Shown: positions 61,721 to 61,913 of the stretch, piece by piece
Numbering within the stretch: the stretch's first letter is position 1
How the letters are laid out: each line of letters starts with the position of its first letter
Source: Bacteroidales bacterium
GTDB lineage: Bacteria > Bacteroidota > Bacteroidia > Bacteroidales > ML635J-15
Assembly: GCA_045112395.1 (NCBI GenBank)
Contig: JBGUHW010000099.1
Location: forward strand, 1 to 61,913
DNA length: 61,913 nucleotides
Reading direction: 5' to 3'
Notes under the pieces: generated by a model
What the model saw: only the letters and a program-made list of their open reading frames with translations
Databases searched by the model: none
Told to the model about the DNA's origin: nothing
Made by a program: the position numbers and the translations under genes

Positions 61721-61913
61721 ATGAAGAAAACGGCATTGATATTAGGTGGATTTGGAGGTGTTGGTTACGCTTGTGCAAGCATTTTGGCCGAAAATGGCTA
61801 CAATTTGGTTGTCGTTCATCGAGGACGGCGGGCAAAAGCGGAAGAAAACATGCACAAGGTGCAGGAACTTGAAAAAAAAGGTATCAATGTGGTTGAGATA
61901 AAGGGAAATGCAA
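61721..61913 (+). CDS. short-chain dehydrogenase/reductase, N-terminal part; runs off the window
   Basis: My translation reads MKKTALILGGFGGVGYACASILAENGYNLVVVHRGR..., a Rossmann TGxxxGxG-like motif. The ATG lies 2 nt after the KAS stop. Confidence 0.7.
   Translation, partial: MKKTALILGGFGGVGYACASILAENGYNLVVVHRGRRAKAEENMHKVQELEKKGINVVEIKGNA

Overview
The window is a chromosomal segment that looks like Bacteroidales (Bacteroidota). The supporting signs are TAnnTTTG '-7' promoter boxes upstream of many genes, a long-tailed ribosomal protein S16, an RseC-RnfBCDGEA operon, methylmalonyl-CoA mutase MutAB, and a giant adhesin with a T9SS type-B C-terminal domain.

Most of the window is housekeeping: tgt, rnf, purD, recQ, folP, lolA-like, ftsK, arcC-argF, ctp protease, dCMP deaminase, dnaB, rfbACD (no rfbB in the window), nifU-mrp-rimM-rpsP, mutAB, rpsT, radC and era. 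A fabZ-like/KAS/SDR cluster starts at the right edge.

Three visibly AT-richer accessory patches stand out:
- 39.7-44.6 kb: three tandem paralogous radical-SAM enzymes plus a NeuD-type acyltransferase. The SPASM/twitch-like Cys domain sits N-terminal to the CxxxCxxC core, and no recognisable substrate gene is nearby. This is my best candidate for an undescribed system.
- 33.5-36.9 kb: two paralogous membrane-anchored coiled-coil LytTR proteins interleaved with three lipoprotein genes. Each lipoprotein gene is preceded, at exactly 11 nt, by a conserved ~30-nt leader carrying a 9-codon uORF. The patch also holds a LytTR-box-like 11-bp direct repeat and an array of three palindromes.
- 20.8-22.5 kb: a small lipoprotein island bracketed by near-identical 31-nt direct repeats.

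Several families of word-like degenerate intergenic repeats recur across the window, and one of them forms the 3' end of an ORF. No rRNA, tRNA, CRISPR array, IS element or prophage was recognised.

All homology calls come from motif recognition by eye. No database search was run.
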